Below the pieces are notes generated by a model, which saw only the letters and a list, made by a program, of their open reading frames with translations, was not told the origin of the DNA and searched no databases. A stretch of 64,000 bases of DNA from the NCBI GenBank assembly GCA_003693705.1, contig RBZT01000312.1, positions 208,095 to 272,094 of the forward strand, given 5' to 3'. This DNA is from Polymyxa betae A26-41. Taxonomy: Eukaryota > Protista > Endomyxa: Phytomyxea. Every line of letters starts with the position of its first letter. Position 1 is the stretch's first letter. This document shows positions 48,406-61,917 of the stretch, in pieces. The translations under genes and the position numbers were made by a program.

Positions 48406-51400
48406 TTAGTCCATATCGGCAACGTCGTCTTCGGCGTCCTCGTTGCCGTTCTCTATCAATGCTATTGGCTGGTCTCGCATGTTAGAAATCGGGCGCCCAA
48501 CCTGGACCCCCAATGCTTGAGTTAGTTTCGCTGTAGAAAGATTAGGGCGGTGATACGATGTAAGATGATTCGCTCTTACTCAATCGGTACTGAAGTGCTG
48601 CCAAGATCACAAGACAGGAATCATTAGGACCGACTTCATGTTGCGGCCCGCCAGATTCCTTCGAACCTAATATTTGCTTGCCACCTGCTATAATCTGAGG
48701 ACTTAAATGGAGTTACTCAGGATTGTTTTCACCTTGTTCTTGAGCTAAAGCTTCTGCAGAGTCTATTGCACGTATCAAAGACAGCAATCCTTCTTGCACG
48801 AAAACCAGCTTTTGGTTCATTTGTTCCACTTCATTGCGGCGACGAACCATCGTCAATGTGACCTGATCACTCTTCAATACAGGATCGGTTCGCGAGGCAG
48901 CTCAACTTACTTCTCGGTATTTCTCTTGTAACTGATCTACGTCTTTCCATTTCGACTCGGAAACTGTGTTCTTTTGCTCCTCGAGAGTGATCATTGACAT
49001 GGTTTTAGCCTAGCATCGCTCAGAAGTTGGAAATGATACGAGATTCATCACAGTACTGCTTTCAGTTTTTCAATGACGGCTTTGTGTGCGGCAATCTCCT
49101 CTTTCAATTCTCGATCGATTTCTTCGTTAAAATAGAACTTATCGATTATGTCTTGAGGATCACTTAGGCCGGTAACCAACTTGATCTTATGGAATCGTTC
49201 CTGGCAGAAACATTTAGATTTGTAACAAGATTTTGAACGGTTTGCAATGACCTCGTAATATTCTAATTGCTGCACCAGCTCCTGTAGTTTCTGTCGGTAC
49301 CCATGACCTTCCTCAATGATTTTGTCGCATTCTTGTTTCATTCTTTGAATTCGATCACGTTTTCGCTCCTCACTGCGGTTGTTTTTCTCCCGAACCTTTC
49401 GTTCCTGTTCTCTACTGTTGCTGATTTTATTGATCAAAATCTAACAAAATCAGAAGTTGACACGAAGCCTGTGTTATGATGCCTGACCTGATGATAGCTT
49501 TTCAGCTGGAAAGCGAAGAAATTCCGAAAGCCTTCCATGTCGCCCTTGAATTTTACGATTTCGGCATCCACAGCGTTCTTCTCAGCCAGAACCCTCTCTG
49601 ACATTGCTGAGACCTTTGCATACAGCCGCTCATGTTCAGCAAGAAGCCCTCTAAGAACGCACTGTTTGATCTTGTACTTTCTGAAAGCTAATCTGCTGCC
49701 TACCTTAATGATTCGATCTTCTTCGACAGTTCCAATCGTTCGTCCTTCATTCGCAGAATATTTAGTTCGTAATTTCTCTTGTTTTCTTCTGCCTCAATCT
49801 GTCTCGTATTCAATGTCAATAGCTTCATATTGAGTTCTTTTATATGAGCCTCTCGTTTCGATGCCATTGCCAGATCCTGCAAATCTCAATGTTTATTTCT
49901 CTGTGAAAGATCCCGGCATAACTAACCTCAGGCGCTGGCTTCATGAACTTATAGACAGACTTCAATTCGGCTAACTTTTGTGTCTTCCGTCGAATATCGT
50001 CTCGAAGCTTGTCAAGTCGTTCCCTGTTGCGGAAGATCTGCTCAACGTTGGTGTTGTCGACAACGTACTGCGGCGTCTCCTTCTCTAAAGATGCCTTCAC
50101 CAATCTCAACGCCGATGACGCCTTCTCAAAGAACATGATTCGCGACACCAACGGATTCCCTGCCGAGAAAACCTCAATACAAAGGCCAGCATAACCTCAC
50201 ACTCTCACCATCCGCCATGCTGTTCCTCTTCTGCTGCAGATCAGACAGACTTTTGCCCTTCTTCATGATTTTCAAAGGCTCTAGATCGTGGCCCTTGGCT
50301 GATGTCGTCCCAGGACCAGCCGTCACCGTCGGCGGCCCTCCTGGTCGTGGGGTAGTACCACCAGGTGCAGCCGCTTGCTCGGTATGGGGCTTGCCCGGTT
50401 GCGTCTTGGCACGACGAACGAATAGATTATTGGACTCGGCAGCGTTATCATCATTATCGCCAGTTTTGGCCTTCGATTTGGTAGCCTATCTGATCATTAA
50501 TAGCTGCCCTTATAGCGGCATCCCCGATTCGGTCACCTTTAATGCCGGTGTCGACGCCGACGCTTTCATCGTTTGCGGTTTCTCGAGTTTAACCGCTTTT
50601 AGTGAATCTCTGACAACTGGCAATTGAAACTCGTCGTTGTTCGATTGTACTGCTGGATGAGCTGTGATTGTTTTCACATCAGCCTATATAACCTCAGAGC
50701 CAACACTTGAAAACGAAATTCAAATTACATTGGCTTCTTGGATCCTATCCTCAATACCATCCTGAACTTCCAGGGCGATAGCGTCCCGGTTCTTGATTAT
50801 CGATAACCTGTCAACTATCATATTGGCTTCGTCTGCCTGCGAAGCGGCGAGTTTCTCTTCGTGTTTCTGGCGGATCTTCTCTCGAGCCATTTCAACTTGG
50901 ATGATCTCCTTCGATTTCAGTCCTGAATTACACAATCAACCTAACGGCTGATCTATCGCAACAAGAAACCTGAAGGCGATCGACGAAGCAGCAGCTTTTT
51001 CAACCTGAATTCTTCGTCCTCTAAAATCTTCCAGAACCAGACGTCTTGTGATACATCCGGGTAGTGATTCGAGCTCAGAATCATTGAATGATGTTCACCG
51101 GATGATATCTGACCGACAACATTCCCAAGCAACGTATCCACGATTTTAGGAAGAATTTCGTTGTCAACCGAGTTATGCCCTAAGATTTGATATCAGAAGT
51201 TATCGTCACTTATTATACGAACGCCTAACCGAGCTGTCCTGATTCACCACATCCCCAGGCATACAACACACCAAATGCAGTTAAGCACATCGAGTGATAT
51301 CGACCAGCTGACACCTCATGAACGCTCTTGCCTTTCAGGACGAGGCGCGGAACACGAATGTTCGAGGTCGATCCATGACCGAGCTGACCCTCAGTGCCGC

Positions 51401-52869
51401 TTCCATAGCAGTAAACATCACCTGATTCATTATCAACATTCTGAAGAGCGGAACCATCTTTGAGGAAAAAAAATTTGATAATTTCAGAGAAGGAAACATT
51501 CCAAATGACGATCTGATCAAGGCTGATCATAAAATGCGAGCGGTATCGTTCTGACGTTTATCGGTGAGTATGACGAGATGCGCCTGACCACACGCCACCT
51601 GAATCACCTTCTCCTTGAATTTCACCAATCGTGGCCGGAAGAAGATGTTTGGTTCGTCCTTGGGATGGAGGTTCTCGCCGAATCCCCAAACATATAACTG
51701 CCCTATGAAGAGTCAACCAGGAGGAATCGCTTTCTCTGACAATTCCATACCTGAATCGGTAATGGCGGCCGTATTCGTGGCGCCGGCCGAGATCTGCACG
51801 ACCCGAACTGAGCTCAGCTCTTCAACCAACTTTGGGCTCAGAACATCATCGCCGTTATCGTGACCCAGCTATCAAATTTCAGCTCTGAGTCCATCGAGCC
51901 GTACTGCAATCTCTCACCTGGCCGTGCTCGCCCCCACCGAATGTCAGCACACGTTGGCGTTTTGTGATAATTGCTGTATGACGATCACCGCATGAGATCG
52001 AGATAGGCCCACCAGCTTGCGAGATCACATCTATCGCCATCGTTTTAGAAACCGATCTTTAATCGTGAAATCTGCCGTCTCAACTCGAGTCGAATTCGAT
52101 TCGTTTCGGATATCGCTCGTCGAATCTGGCGCCATGACCCAGCTGGCCGTACTTGCCGCTTCCCCACGTATAGACCGATTCGTCGTCAGCCAGTACGGCC
52201 GTATGATACTGTCCACATGCTATTGCAATAACGCAGACGTTCATTGACACCTAAGTGAGATCGCTTAGATCAAGGGTCTGCCAAACCTTGGCCAGATTTA
52301 CGAGTTTATCAACAACTGCAGGGACTGGTCTCATATTGTGCTGCTTATCAAGGCTACCGAGTTGTCCAAGACGTCCATCACCCCATGTATAAACATGACC
52401 AGCCTCTAATGCAAAATTATGCCAATGACATTGCAAGCGTTCTTCATTTCAGACCAGATAATGCTGCAGAATGAAAGCCGCCACATGCGATCTGCATAAT
52501 GGGGATGTCGAATTCGACGGCGAGAGGGACCTGGAGCCAGGTTCAGGATAGGCGGGACGGGCGGGCGATGTCAATGCCAACCTTGGCACATCGATCTGTG
52601 CCTCGGCCAACACGCCCAAGCTGTCCATAGAATCCAGCACCAAATGTATAGACCAATGTACCAGCTGGACCTGACGCCGTCCCGGCTTTCACTTTACGTT
52701 TGAATGTACGCAGGTCTTTCAAGTTCTCAAAACTGTCAAAGACCAGCTCTCGGCGTTTGAAATCGAGGGCGACGGTTTTGGTTTTCTGAGGGCTCGTGTT
52801 GGTGTTATTGGTAGAAGATTTCGAGGTGTCATGATCCGCACGAACAGAAGGCTGTTCAGAAGTCTCCAT
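48406..52869 (-). CDS. RCC1 beta-propeller fused to a coiled coil resembling outer-dynein-arm docking complex DC1/ODAD
   Basis: RCC1 repeats (VYTFGAGFYGQLG, VYTWGDGRLGQLG, YAWGCGESGQLG); C-terminal EENKRNYELNILRMKDE and FHKIKLVTGLSDPQDIIDKF; pieces linked by short introns. Confidence 0.7.
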
Positions 52870-53163
52870 GGTTCAGGCTGAGCGCCGACAGAAACGCCCC
52901 TGATCTAGTCCCCTGATCGATATATCAGTACTTGGAATCCGAATAATATAGATCATCTTTGGTACGATTTCGGTTATCACCATAGTGCACGTTCTGGACA
53001 CTGTCGTGGCTATTCCACTTGGAGTCCCTACTCTTTGCAATTGAAGATTTATGGGAGACACGACGACCATGAAGACGACAAGAACAAGACAACGAATAGA
53101 GATTCTTTATAAATATAGAAACCGAATTGGAGCAACTCGTCAGATATAAAAAAAAAATATGAA

Positions 53164-56100
53164 CTAATCTAGCTTGAGTTTCTCTCTACGCTTTGTAGAT
53201 TGAATCAGCGAATCTGGAGAACGATATAGCCTGATCAAGGAGCGATATAGTGCTTCCTCCAGCTCGAATTCTTTTTGCTTCCTAGCAACGAAAATCCCTG
53301 CGACAAGCAATCAGCGGATTCTATTCAGCAAGTTGCACCTTATCGAACCTTCGCAGAGAAGCATCAGATCTGTTACATCATGGATATCCGTGTAGATGAT
53401 AGAGTACACTTGATTTTGAACCATCGATCGGAGGAATCGACCGACAGCCAACACGATCGTGACGTAAATTGTCGTCAAAGACATTGCAATTACAGCAGCT
53501 AATAGCCCAGACTGAATTCATGGTGAGTGACCAAGTCGGATGTTGATTGCTTCCAAATGTCCTTACCGTTATGGTATCGGATATTGTTAGCACATTCATT
53601 TTGCCAACACCATTGGGTCGTGTTAACTCCCACCACTCGACATTATTGTCCGATTTCAGCTGCAGCGAAAGAGGATAACTGTCCTCGCCCGAGGCGAAAG
53701 GAATTGGCTGCACCACCTTCGACAGTTTCAAACACAACGGAATGAATTTTCCGGTTATCAAAACTGGTGTGGACGACGTTCTATCCAGCATGTTCAGCAT
53801 GACCTTTTTATCATCATTGGACATTTCTTAATGATCGTCAGCTGGCTTCAAGGATAATGAGCACCGATCTTACCAGTATCTTTCTCAACCGATATTTCCG
53901 ACACACTGGAATCTTGATGGACGAATGAAAACCGCATACTGAATCGCAGAGCTGTGGTATCGTTCAGCGTCCTTCTGAACAATTCTAAACTAGGAGGCGA
54001 CAGTTGCCAAGGCGCATCCGAATATCCGTTCGCGATGATATTTTGCACCGTTCGAGTATCAGAAACGCTGCCCAGCATATTAACCTGATGAGATGACGCA
54101 CTCTCAATGGAGAGTGAGCTTGAATCCAACAAAGTGAACTAGTTCGAATTGTGTTAGTTTTCGCTCCCCTTACATAAGTGAATGTAAACTCACGCTAACT
54201 GCGGTAGTATTGCCATTCACAGATGGTGTTAAGAATAAGGTCATCGACCCTCGCTGAACATTGTTCAGCTGATTAGTGACAGGTGATGCTGTAGAGAATA
54301 GCAGCAATGGAAGGCAGATGACGACCATCAGACCAATAAACAGCAGCGTTCCGTTTGTGAATTTGGTTATTGTTGGAAACGGCTCTCCTCGCCGATGTTC
54401 TCGCTTGTAGATCAGGTCGCCCTTGATCATGTATAGATTGGAATAGATATCTTCCAGTTTGAATGTTTCTAAAATTCGACATTCAACATTGGATAATTTA
54501 GAATCGGTTGATGCTCACCAAAGAGATCCAGAGCAGTATCAGTACTGACCCAATCCAAAAGAACCTACAATGAAAAATTAATTGATGCACTTAACAAAAG
54601 TCGCCAGAGTGAGTACTTCTAGTTCAGCGACAAATGGAATCGCTCGATAGGCCTTGAATATGTACAGACGAGTCTTGGAAGCTTTACTGAAAATAATACG
54701 GTGGTGCAGCGTGTATGCAGGATAACCACATCTGATTTGAGTGCAGCTCATCCACCAATAGCAGCACTTCAGGATGAAGAACACGACCAAAGCGGGATTG
54801 GAAGAGAATCCGTATTGCCGATTCTAAAGAAAAGTCAACCGAGATTTAAACGGCTCATAAAAAGAAATACTTTAGGCCAGGAGAAGAACATCAGATACGT
54901 AAAGAAAAGAACCTGGATGTAATGCAGGCTCAGTTTCATCATCAGCGATCTGTACAGAAAGCATAGACGATCTGTTACAATAAAGATGATCTGAAGAAAC
55001 AGAACTCCAACCTATTACCCTGTCATCAATGACTCGAATAAAAAAACATTTCGAGATTACCATTGCCCCTTCAAAAGTTTGCGAGCGAATTTGATCTTGG
55101 TTGGAATTAGCTGAGGCAGTCAGAGAATTCCACCCAAATAAAATAAAAACTGCAGTAATCATCTCGACAATGAACGAAGGTATATAGTAGGACTTGCCAG
55201 GCTTGAGGGTGGTGTCGGTCATACCGGAAGACGTCAAGCCAAGCAGATTTCTCAAAAACATAGAGATGCGATCCGGTAGAATTTCCAGCACACGACCCGC
55301 TGTTTGAATGCGTTTATCTTCGAATTGACTGGCACGAGAGGTCAATGAATACTCGGATGACACCCGCCTGATTTCAGAGAAGTTCACTGATTTGGGACTG
55401 ATCAGTTCATTTCCATCGAGTTGTTTCGATTGCGACGGCGACGCGTTCACATTGTGGTTGTCATCATCGGCGACTGGAGAAGACGGCAATAAATCGTCGT
55501 TGAACTCGCCTTCGCACTCGTTATGCAAGGAATCGATTCCTTTTCGTTTGAGGCAGTGAAGATGAACAGCAGCAGCAAATAAGCAAAATAGATCTAGACA
55601 GACAAACCCCAAAAAGTTGAGTCCCGTGGTATTAATGAGGCCAGAAAACTGAGTCCATCCCAACGTTTGCGTTTCTTGCAAAACAGTTCGACCTGAGCCA
55701 TGCTCCTTGGATTGTGATGGATCAACAAAGAAACTAATGACGAACTTTAGGAAGATAACGAGTTCGATATACGTAATGCTGAGTGCCCAAAGAGATGGTG
55801 GCACTCTCGGCCTGACAAACAGCCCATACAAAAACAGTATCAAAGGAATGAAGAGCGCTGATAATGTTCCGTTGACGACAAGGTTTAAAATGAACATGGA
55901 GACACATAGTGTTTGAGTGTGACTGATGATAAATCGCATCAGAGCTGTCCAAAAACGCAGACCAGTTGCAGATTTTGGCGATTTGATGCAATTGATGTCT
56001 TCGTTCGCGTCCGCCTTGTTTGGGCAAGAGTTTGTAATAAGAAGAGCGCATTCATCTATCGATGAGAACATGAGGTGATCAGTCCGTTTCACCATTTCTT

Positions 56101-59100
56101 GCTTCAGAAATGATATCATACTTCTGAAATAGGAGATGGTGACATCTTCGACATGATGCCGTTTAAAACAGAGTTCCAACCCGGTTAATTCATCGTTGGC
56201 ATTCTCGACCGGGGTGATCGAAACTTCAGCGACGAAAACCAGAGGGGTTGGAGCAACTGCCGCTTGGCCATTAGGTGATGATTCGACTGGAGGCGTCCAA
56301 GTTTGCATTGAAGCCAGAAGGCTTTTGATTTGGATGGTCCCACCTGATGCAATCATGTCCTGAATAGCATTAGCCAAGCGTGACCGATCGTTTTCATTGA
56401 CAAAATGGCATGATAATGAGGATCCGATAATCGATTTCTCATTTTCTCTGCCATCAATCAAGTCGACAAAGGCAGAGGAGTAAGCCTCGATAATATCGTT
56501 CTCCAATGAAGTCCGAACAGCAGCCAGATCGGTCTTGATCAGCCCATCTGTCACCTCATTACTGCTATCGAACCTTTTAACATTTGCTGAAGGCGTTTGC
56601 GATCCCAATCCCAAAGTGGCATCAAACACGCTACCGATAGTTACTGGCGACATAAAAAACACAATGCCAACAAGATTTCCATCCGCATCTGTTAACGGCG
56701 TCAACCATGCATCGACGTCGATTTGAAGTCGACTCTCCCTGCGCAGAGTGAATATAAAGATAAACGCTACACTTTGCACTGACTTTTTGATAAAGGCCAA
56801 CCGTTGAGAGTCCATATTCTGCACCTCCCGAAACGATTTCGAGCGAAGGCATTTCCTGATTACCTGTTTGATGTTCGATGAAATCTTTCTTGGGAAAATT
56901 TCCCAAGCGTATAAGCCGATCACATCTTTCGCATTCCACTGAGTCAATAGCGACACTTCCGGATTCCATTCAATAATCCTTTTATCCTTATCAATGGTGA
57001 AGTGGACGGTTCGTTCAGGAGGAACAGAAGGCCACACTTCAGTGTCTTCCAACTTCTCCAGGCCCAATCGTCGCGTATCAGTAAGCAAACAACGTAGCTG
57101 ATGCCTCAACTCTTCTTGAACGCGCCTCATTGAGTGAAATTCGGCGATACGAGTATTATTCCATAAAACACTAGCAAGATTTAATCGAATCTCGCCAACG
57201 TCTCTCCATCTCACGTATTCGGCTTCAATCCGTTCACAATTTGAACGCTGGTCTAATCTTCTTTTGATGTCCAAAATCAGAAATCCGATTAGAAAAGATA
57301 GAAACCCAGAGGAAGAAAGGGCAGCTTGAGCACTATCGATATGGCGTAGGCCCAAGTCGTTATCAACTGAGTCTGAAAGCAGAGCAGTGCGATCTCCAGG
57401 CCACGGGCACTGATATCCCAACAAAAGCAGGAAGATGACGTAATTGCAGATTCGGAGCACACTCCAGCATTTGCCATTGAAAGGCCCCGTGCTGTAAACA
57501 ATAATCGCAATCATCAAAAGGATCAGATGCGTAACGTCGGCATATAAAGAAGATGCTATGAACATAGCGCCGATGAGAAAATAAGGACAGAATGGAAGAA
57601 TTCGGGACCCCAAAGTAGAAGGCCTTTTAGGACCAGGAAGATCGACGAGCACCGATTGTTGCTCATTTACTAACTCGGAAGCTGAAACGACGACAGGATG
57701 CATAGCCGCAATGCAAGAATTGGCAAAATTGCACATAGAGAGCAGCCAGAGAGCCACATAAGTAAAAGCAATATTTGGAACATAGTCGATAGTTAAGCCA
57801 AGCCAATTTTTTTGAGCTTTGCTCAAGTCCGGAATGGGAATTGTATAGGGAAGAGTGGGCGGCGGCCCAAGAGCAGCAAGGCATTCCAAAATTGTAATAA
57901 ACAAGAATAACAGCACCGTCACTCGCCAGAATCGCTTTTGCAATCGTTTCCCAAAATTGTAGAACGAGCCCCACACAACAAAGATAAAAAGTGACGCAGC
58001 AGTCCTTCTGGCAGCAATCGCACAAAATATTGCAATTGAAGCTAGCTCGATATCGAATCTGAACGGGAAACTGCCGTCAAAAAGCGAGTTTAACTGCAGG
58101 AGCACATATCTTGCGACAGTGGATATCGTATGTGATAAGATCGATCGAGTGCGACCAAAGCGGCTCGCTGTGGCATCAGGCTTCATTGATTCGGATGAAT
58201 CAAGAGAAACACAGCTGTCAGAGGGAGACCTTTCCTCAAGACCAGCCGCATTCTTTACCGACACAATGGGACCTTGATTAAATTGTTGAGCGAGGAACCC
58301 TTCGCGTTCCATTTGCTCCGCAAGCGAACCGACCATTACAAAGGCGCGCTGAATGTAAATAAACAGAAGAATTAATAGTTCACCCCGAAGTGCATCCGTC
58401 CCTAAGAGTTGATCCTGAATTACGTTGAATCCTATATAATCAGCTCTTGCTCCACTCCATCTGGCGCGAACCGGCCGGATTTGGAACAAATATCTCGCCA
58501 GCAAAAATACTGACGTCAAGATCAGCTCGGGAAGCCAGACAAAACAGAATCCCTCTGTTCTAAGCATGCAGATACAGGACGCCAGGACATAGATGAAAGA
58601 AATTACAGAAGGGTGCAAACAGAAAGCGACAATCGGAAGCAAAGCAACAATTTTTGATATCATACTTGCGCAGAAGGCCAGGCGTCGCGAACCAATGCGT
58701 GTGAGAACACTGGACCATTTGAATTCAGAAGCTCTAGAAGGCTGAGCGCCGAAGTATTGGATTCGGAAGAACGATACTGTAACAAAGAAAACTGAAATTG
58801 CCGGAAGTAACTGGAAGAATAACGAATCAACAGCGGTATCGATGATTGGCATCCCGATAATATTAATATCAATGCGAAATTCCGGTTGTGGCGGATAATA
58901 AAGCAGCTCGATAATAGTTTCAACAAGAGATGATACAATCTTATATTGCACAGCGTATTTCAAGAATACCACACTGGCAGTATACGCAACAGCTAGGGCC
59001 CAGAAAATGTAATGCCTTGAGCGTCCACTGACAATGCTGATGCTTGACACCATGAATGCGGTAAGACATAACGTCAAATAACCGAAATCGAAGATTGTAG

Positions 59101-61712
59101 GTTCTTCCGAGAAGGAAATCAAGAAAAACGCAAAGCACGCGATCAAAGAGCCAAAGTTATGAAACGCTTCGTTGAAAATAGAGGACAGACTCAAAACGAC
59201 TCGAATGCCAGTAGTCTTCCAGGCAGCACTCATCTCCCCCCAGTTGGATCGCTGTCGTTGATCAATAAAATGAAGTTGGAACAGACAAAGCGCTGTTGCC
59301 ACCAATGGTGGAATGAACATGGCAAAGAACGGATTGAGAGCGACAAGCCCAATGGATTGGAAGATATAGCCCATGTAACCTTCCGGTTGTGGATTGATAA
59401 CGCTTACCGTATACTGGCAGAGCAACGCTGAAGCCGAAAATATCGTCAAGGGCAACCATTTTTCTCTTTTTGCTGATAGCTTCGGCATCGACACATAGAG
59501 CAGCGAAATAAGAACGTAGCCAATGTGAAGCAAATCGATCCGCGAAAATCCGACGAAAAAGACGCAGAGCAAAGCGATTTTGGCACCATACACTATGAGA
59601 GCGACTTTGACGATTCTCTCGAACTCCGACCAGGCTTCCAAAACAAATTCTTTGACAGCATAGAAGTCCAGTTTGTTGGATGTATCAGCCCGTAGTCTGG
59701 CCTGTTGTTCTTCCCAGCGTTCTGATGTTTGTGCGCCATAGCGTAGCAGCTGTCTCGTAATGCGACTTTGATTTGAGAGTTCAAGGGCCGACCTTCCATC
59801 AGCATCCAAAACGTCAATAAGAGCAAGCCCTCCACGATGTAAAACGACCTCAACAGAACCGAGATGACCATGAAGAACAGCATTATGTAAAGCCGTTCGA
59901 CCCCTGCTGTCAACAGCTTTAACAAATAAATCTTGATCACGACGAAGAGCCATGTCGAGAAAGTATTCATCACCTTCTATCGACGCATTTATAATGTTTG
60001 GGGTTGTCAGCGGGGCTCTGGCTGCTGTCCTTTTATTTGCACTTGAGCGACAGTAAAGCCATAAGATTAAAGCGGGCGATAAAAACAAGGCCATCGACAA
60101 AGCCGAAGTGCTTGATTCATCATTGTATAAGCCAAATAATTTCAGAGTGTCATCACTGAGAGTAAACACCCACGGCAGAGAAAATACAACAAATGCACAA
60201 ACAGCAACAGACACCGAGAACGGCAGAAGAGTATATAGTGCCACCTCTGAAAACTGACTAGTTCCCATCAGTAATCCGGCTAGCACGAACGCCATGAGGA
60301 CGACATTGAAGAGTTGCTGATGGACAATGAAGACAACAGTAAGAGCGAAGATACAGATTGAAATTTCGAATGTTCGAAGCCCACGTCGGAATAACTTTGC
60401 GACATTTACTGAGAACGATCGAGCATCTTTGCTGTCTCTAGATGAACGCGAATCGTTCTCGAGTTTCTCCGGAGCTGATGAAGCTCGAACTATCGGGGGG
60501 CTTAATGGAACGAGATGCTCAGGAGATGCCGACGGATTTTTGGCACCCTTAGGCTGTTCAGCAGTCGACGGAAATGGCACCGCACGGATCTCGATCTCAT
60601 CTGAATCCGTTTTCGCATCTTCTTCATGAGTCGTTTCAAAATGAAGAGCTGACGGTGACTTAATATCACTTGAATGTGGACGTCGATGCAGGATTTTTTT
60701 TGTATTCATTCTGGAAGGCAGTTGAACAGATGAAGAGATTCGCAGGGCAGCTGATCTAATCTGAGGTAACTTTGGGAATGGAATAGGATCGGTTTTAGCA
60801 CGTTCCAATGGATGTAGTGGAATTTGATTGCTGTCGGACTGGCTGGGTACATTAGCATTAGAGCTGCCGATAAAGAACTGGAACCGGACCAGAGGGCTGA
60901 ACAAAAGGAACAGCGCTAGTTCAATACTGATTGCAGTAAACAGATACCAATCAGCAATACTCCAGGTGACGCCATGATTAGGCATGACGCCTAAGAATAA
61001 ACGAGTCTCCCTTGATAGTGATCTGGAAATTTCTGTAATCCTTAAAATGGATATTGTAACCGAATGAAGGGCTGCATGGATAAGAAGAAATATTCTCCAA
61101 TAACGGATGTCTTCGCATTTCAAACGATGAAGGCCACTTTCAAACAAGGCATCAAGCTGTTCTGGCTGCTGAAATGCTCGAAGAAGGAAGATGCTTGCTA
61201 GTAAGATGACATAAGGAATCCGGAAAATATTCGGAGACAGAACGCAGGCGACAAACTCGCCAGAGAAAAAGGCATAGACCTACGACCAATTAAAAAGAAA
61301 GAACCAAATCTTCGTTGATTGAACTTTCCTTTAATCGTCCAATTTCGTTCATTGGGTCAACAGAGGGCCTACCGTATGCTGATTTCCCATATGCATCCAC
61401 TGTAACTTCGCACGCTGAAAGCACAAGGATGACTAGCGTGATAATCAAGAATATAACGCTCATCCAATCCCATTGACGAGTGTAGCCAAAGAGGTGCCAG
61501 TAAAAATCGGCATCAAAGTTCGCTGGCATGATCGCAAAGACGATCAAGCCGGCCAACCACAGCGCTGTCAGAACGGTGGTCGCTATCGGCCACGCCCAAT
61601 GCGGACGGGATATGCATCTGGCGAGCGTGAATACCAAGTACAGCGTACATGTCAGACTGTCATCGATAATGGCGGCTACCAGCGAGCATATAACAATGGC
61701 AACTGAGAGCAT
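53164..61712 (-). CDS. PIEZO: Piezo-family mechanosensitive channel with inserted ankyrin repeats and tandem PAS domains
   Basis: Pore-module motifs SCTQIRCGYP, YRAIPFVAEL, DWVSTDTAL, KLEDIY, LPLLLFS, ELEEALYRSLIRLYRSP; many 4-TM repeats; stop at 53164-53166. Confidence 0.92.
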
Positions 61713-61917
61713 AAATGGCCACCACTACTAGCAGACAATCTGAATGCCAGAAAGGCCACTTTAACCCAATCTTATTGTGAGCCCTGCTGCGCTGAATTTA
61801 CGATACGTCACTTCTTCCGATACTCTGGCGACTTTATTCAGTTTCGCTTCTAGATGTTCGGCCGTTATTCGCTTGAAATCGTCACATTTCCGTCATTTCG
61901 ACATAAGTTCGAGCTCT

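Noticed and set aside
56380-56430. LOV photoreceptor call for PAS-2 (GSSLSCHFV)
   Set aside because: It has a Cys but does not match GxNCRFLQ, so it can only be called a generic PAS.
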